Of a stretch of DNA of 64,000 bases, positions 60,201-64,000 are shown piece by piece (the first letter of the stretch is position 1; every line of letters starts with the position of its first letter). A program made the translations under genes and the position numbers. The notes under the pieces were generated by a model. The model was not told the DNA's origin, made no database searches, and was given only the letters and a program-made list of their open reading frames with translations. This DNA comes from Azolla caroliniana (lineage: Eukaryota; Plantae; Polypodiophyta), in assembly GCA_043228905.1 (NCBI GenBank), contig JBHGNT010000015.1, positions 17,050,001 through 17,114,000 on the forward strand, read 5' to 3'.

Positions 60201-62613
60201 ACGGTGGCAGGTCACGAATGCTACAACTTTCGGATGATCAGGAGAAAACAACCAAATCAGAATGCACCTGGATGATCAGGAGAAAACAACATTTGTCACG
60301 GAATGGGGTGTTTTCGTGGCAGAAGTAATGATGTTCGGTTTAAAAATGGCGTCGACCACGTTCCAGCGCATCATCACCGAAATTTTTAACGAGTATATCC
60401 CAGCGTTCATGCAAGTCTTTCTCGATGACTTCGTCGTACATGGGCAACGACTGGAACACATGACCCAGTTATGTCTCTGTTTTGATCGATGTCGCCAGGC
60501 TCGGTTAAGTTTAAACCCGGCAAAATGCGCGTTCTTGGTCACAAGTGGCAACCTCCTCGGGCATATCATCAGTCAAGAAGGTATCGCCATGGACCCGGAT
60601 AAAGTACAAGCCTGCACCCTCGAACGCAAAAGGCCTCAGCCGATTTCTGGGACAAATCAGATGGCACAGCTGGATGATATGCCACCTGGCCGATTTCGTG
60701 ACAACATAACACGTGGCGGTGCATCGACTCCCCTTCCAATGAACTTCAATCGAGGACGAGGCTTACCAAGGATTGAAATTAATGCTCTCGCATGCCCTAG
60801 TTGTACAACCCCCGATATGGTCGGAACCTTTTCACGTCTTCGTGGACACATTAGATATCGCCATAGGGAGCGCAATTATGCAATGCACGCCCCCAAACTG
60901 ATATCGGCCAGTGTATTATGCTAGCTGACATCTCTCGGCCGCGGAAATGAACTATTCAACCACTGAACGAGACACCCTCGGTATGATCTACAACATCAGT
61001 AAATTTCGGCATTACCTCTTAGGCCGAAAATTCACATTCACGTCGATCACTCGGCCCTCCTTTACCTGGTCAATAAACAAGCCCTGACAGGTCGACTGGC
61101 TTGATGGATGCTCCTATTACAAGAGTTTGATTTTCATATACAACATCGACCTGGAGTCCAACACGCCGTCGCTGACTACCTAAGCCACCTCGAGTCAGGA
61201 GACCCTGCCGAGCAAACGTATGACGATTTACCCGATGCCGGCTTATTTCATCTCACAACGCTGCCAGACGACAAAGAAGATGAATGGATCACGGAGATGA
61301 CCCATTTCCTTAGTACTGGCTTGCCTCCGGACCACATGGCCCTCGATGTACGGAAATGACTCGCAGTACGTAGCCGCAACTTTTGTCTCGTTTCCGACAT
61401 CCTCTACCACAAAGGCTCGGACGGAATATGGCGTCGGGCCATTCAACAATTCGAGAAGAAGGCCATCCTCCAAGAGGCCCACCTAGGAATCGCCGGCGGA
61501 CACTACGTCGGAGAGTCCACGGCAAGGAAAGTATGGCAGAGTGGGTTATGGTGGCCTACAACGAAAAAGGATGCCCACGAGTTCTGCCGACAGTGCGACT
61601 TGTGCCAACAGTTGGGACAGCCGATGGAACAAGCTCAAATGCCACACCAACCCATTCTTCCATTGGAACCATTTAAAAAATGGGGGTTAGATTTTGTGGG
61701 ACCCTTCAAACCACCCGCGGCCCGAACCGGTAATAAGTATATCATCGTGGCCACGAACTACTGCACAAAATGGGTCGAGGCAAAGGCTTTACGAGACAAC
61801 ACGACAACATCCACGGCCAAATTTGTGTACGAACATCTCTGGTGCCGTTATGGATGCCCAATTGAGCTCGTTAGTGACCAAGGTGGGCACTTTATAAACC
61901 ATATAATACGCGAGCTTACGACACACTACGCGGTGGTACATAAGAAAAGTACACCATACTACCCACAAGCAAACGGATTGGCAGAATCGACTAACAAAAT
62001 TCTCCAAACAATCTTGAAGAAGATCGTCAACAAGAACCGCACTGATTGGGATGACAAGCTCCAGAGTGCACTATGGGCTTATCGCACTACATTCAAAACG
62101 AGCATTCAATCCACCCCCTTTCGGATGGCTTTTGGTCTCGAAGCCGTTATGCCCATCGAGTTCCAAGTTCCGAGTATCCGAGTTCAAGTTAAAACATGGC
62201 TCCCCGAGGCCCAATCCAAACAATTGAGGCTAGAACAACTCCTCGAACTTGGCGAGGACCGAGTAGCGAGCATGGCCCAACTTGAACAACGCCAACGACA
62301 ACGGAAAGCCTTTGTGGACCGACATCGGAAAGGATTGGAACAATAACTGACCATAGGCAAACCGGTCCTCGTTTTCCAGACGCGACTCGGTGCTATGCCA
62401 GGAAAGTTATGATTTCGATGGACCGGCCCCTTTTGGATTATTGACGAGTTTAACGGCACGTTCCAGCTCGGCACCCCCGCCGGGGAAATTGTCAAAAGCT
62501 GGGTGAATGGATTCCGACTGCGACCGTACCAGGGAAATACCCCAGCCAACCCTTTCGCCGAGTCTCACGGCACGGACAATGCCACGAAGGAGGCCACACG
62601 TCCCCCTCGGTAA
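57240..62613 (+). pseudogene. Gypsy gag-pol with many stops and frameshifts (start approximate)
   Basis: Fragments 57854-58132, 58861-59397, 59895-60275, 60262-60924, 61108-61359 and 61600-62346; the integrase frame ends at TAA 62611-62613. Confidence 0.88.
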
Positions 62614-62831
62614 GAACCCACCAACATTCCAAAGTAGACATTAGGTAGGATTAGGCATAATTTTAGCAATTAGTTAGTTCCACCTACACCACCTACCACA
62701 TCACCCAAATCATGTCATGTTTAGAGGCACACATTAGTCACTTTCACATTAACTTAAGTATTTAAAGGCACATGCACAACATCCAAGGCAAAGCACTAAC
62801 TCCCTAGGACACGTGGCCATAAGATCCTATT

Positions 62832-63983
62832 ATGGCATCCACGCCCAAGAATCTCCAGGCTCCTCTTCATGCACAAAACCCTAGGCGTCCGCTAAAAAAT
62901 AGTTACCCCAAGCCCACCCCACACACAGACGTTTTCTTGCACACCCAGCTTTCATCGCTCCTACGCTCTCAAGCATCCTCTCGCTCTCAGCGCTTTCATC
63001 GCTCCCACTGCTCTTGCTCACAAGCCCGCTCTTGTCCTCGTAGCCCCTCTGCCGCACCACAACCATCTCCTTCCCTTGCTCTGTCTCGGCTTGGTCGAAT
63101 TCTCCTTCCCGAATCTTCCACACAACAGAACCCCGAGTCCATTATGCCTCTTGCAGCTTCACAGGAAACCTGCTCCCGGCTTCAGGAACGAGGATTGGGT
63201 GGTTATTTAAAGGTGATTGATGCCCCTACACACCTTGATGCCCAAGCGGTCGCACGCCGAATTCACCCGGACACAGTCACCAACAATATGATTTGTGTTG
63301 CCTTGGACCTGAAGCGAAGAGGTGATCATGAAGTCGAGATTCCCCCTTCCACGACCCTGAAGGAATACTTTGATGCGTATTCCATATCTGGTAAAGCCTA
63401 TCGCACCCACGGTGGATCCAACAAGGCATTCGGAGAACTCGCTCGCATCCTGATGGAGTACGCGTTCGTGCATACCAACCCTACAAGTATGCCACAGAGC
63501 AAAACGACGATCATTATCAGTGCCTACGAGGGAAACAAAATCGATTGGGGAATCATCACATGCGAAGGAATCCGTGCGGCGCTTGAATCCTTCCAAACCG
63601 GTAAGCGTTTGTTGCATGTGATCAATCACTTCCTTATAGTCCTCTACCCACCTCCTTCAGTTTCCCCTCGTCGCATCCTGACCTCTCCACCTCCACCAAG
63701 GAAACAACGAGAGAAGATGTTGGAGATAACTCAGGAAGAATGGGAAGACCCCTCGTCTTCTCCACCTCCCTCAGGTGCTCGGAACCCCGCTTCCACCTCG
63801 GCCCCACCCCCACCAAAAACACAAAAACAACAGGCGGTAACAACAACCCGTGTCGAATGGGATGAGGCTGAGGAGGCCATCCCCGAGGATGTCACCATAC
63901 GCCAGAGGCCACTAAGGACATCAATGACCTCTCCACAACCGAGCCCACGGCCCACAAGCCAGCAACCCTTGGCCATCCGGTAG
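62832..63983 (+). CDS. Additional ORF downstream of Gypsy integrase (env-position ORF), 383 aa, uninterrupted
   Basis: ATG to TAG open frame about 220 bp after pol; helical-looking core ending NKIDWGIITCEGIRAALESF..HFLIVLY; Pro-rich tail. Confidence 0.65.
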   Translation: MASTPKNLQAPLHAQNPRRPLKNSYPKPTPHTDVFLHTQLSSLLRSQASSRSQRFHRSHCSCSQARSCPRSPSAAPQPSPSLALSRLGRILLPESSTQQNPESIMPLAASQETCSRLQERGLGGYLKVIDAPTHLDAQAVARRIHPDTVTNNMICVALDLKRRGDHEVEIPPSTTLKEYFDAYSISGKAYRTHGGSNKAFGELARILMEYAFVHTNPTSMPQSKTTIIISAYEGNKIDWGIITCEGIRAALESFQTGKRLLHVINHFLIVLYPPPSVSPRRILTSPPPPRKQREKMLEITQEEWEDPSSSPPPSGARNPASTSAPPPPKTQKQQAVTTTRVEWDEAEEAIPEDVTIRQRPLRTSMTSPQPSPRPTSQQPLAIR

Positions 63984-64000
63984 CAAAAGAGGAAATAGGC

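Larger units (their letters stand above)
56736..64000 (+). mobile_element. Ty3/Gypsy (non-chromovirus) LTR retrotransposon, degenerate, runs off the window end
   Basis: 5' LTR 56736 to about 57224; PBS TGGCACACCCG at 57228; gag knuckle CTVCSGSGHLALEC; protease IIDGDSG; RT WLSPIVVVPKK..CVDY and VFLDDF; RNase H NYSTTER; integrase [19 protein letters not shown] and WTGPF; no chromodomain. Confidence 0.93.

Overview
Eukaryotic plant nuclear DNA. The TE families and long TE-filled introns suggest a seed-free plant such as a fern, but that is my inference. No prokaryotic system, CRISPR array, rRNA or canonical tRNA gene is supported. Layout: (1) 1-11.7 kb, a decayed L1-clade LINE whose RT is split two codons after YADD by a young full-length Ty1/Copia element (290-bp LTRs, CCATG TSD). 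(2) 12-20 kb, TE relics, a tandem triplet of tRNA-like A/B-box units, an orphan PBS and a 140-bp hairpin. (3) 20-54 kb, a gene island with an intronless Pro/Asn-rich orphan ORF carrying a 3x I[DE]KY[LF]GP motif, EME1 (10 exons, +), mitochondrial ribosomal protein bL35m (-, about 7-kb first intron full of RTE-LINE debris) and TASH3 (26 exons, -, including a 21-nt microexon). (4) 54.8-64 kb, an RT/RNase H-deleted Copia interrupted by a decayed non-chromovirus Ty3/Gypsy that keeps an intact extra ORF after integrase. Exon models were built by hand from GT-AG sites and frame continuity, and homology calls are from motif recognition, not database searches. The best novelty candidates are the orphan repeat protein, the LINE ORF1 C-terminal extension, the Gypsy extra ORF, the tRNA-like array and a triplicated splice donor.
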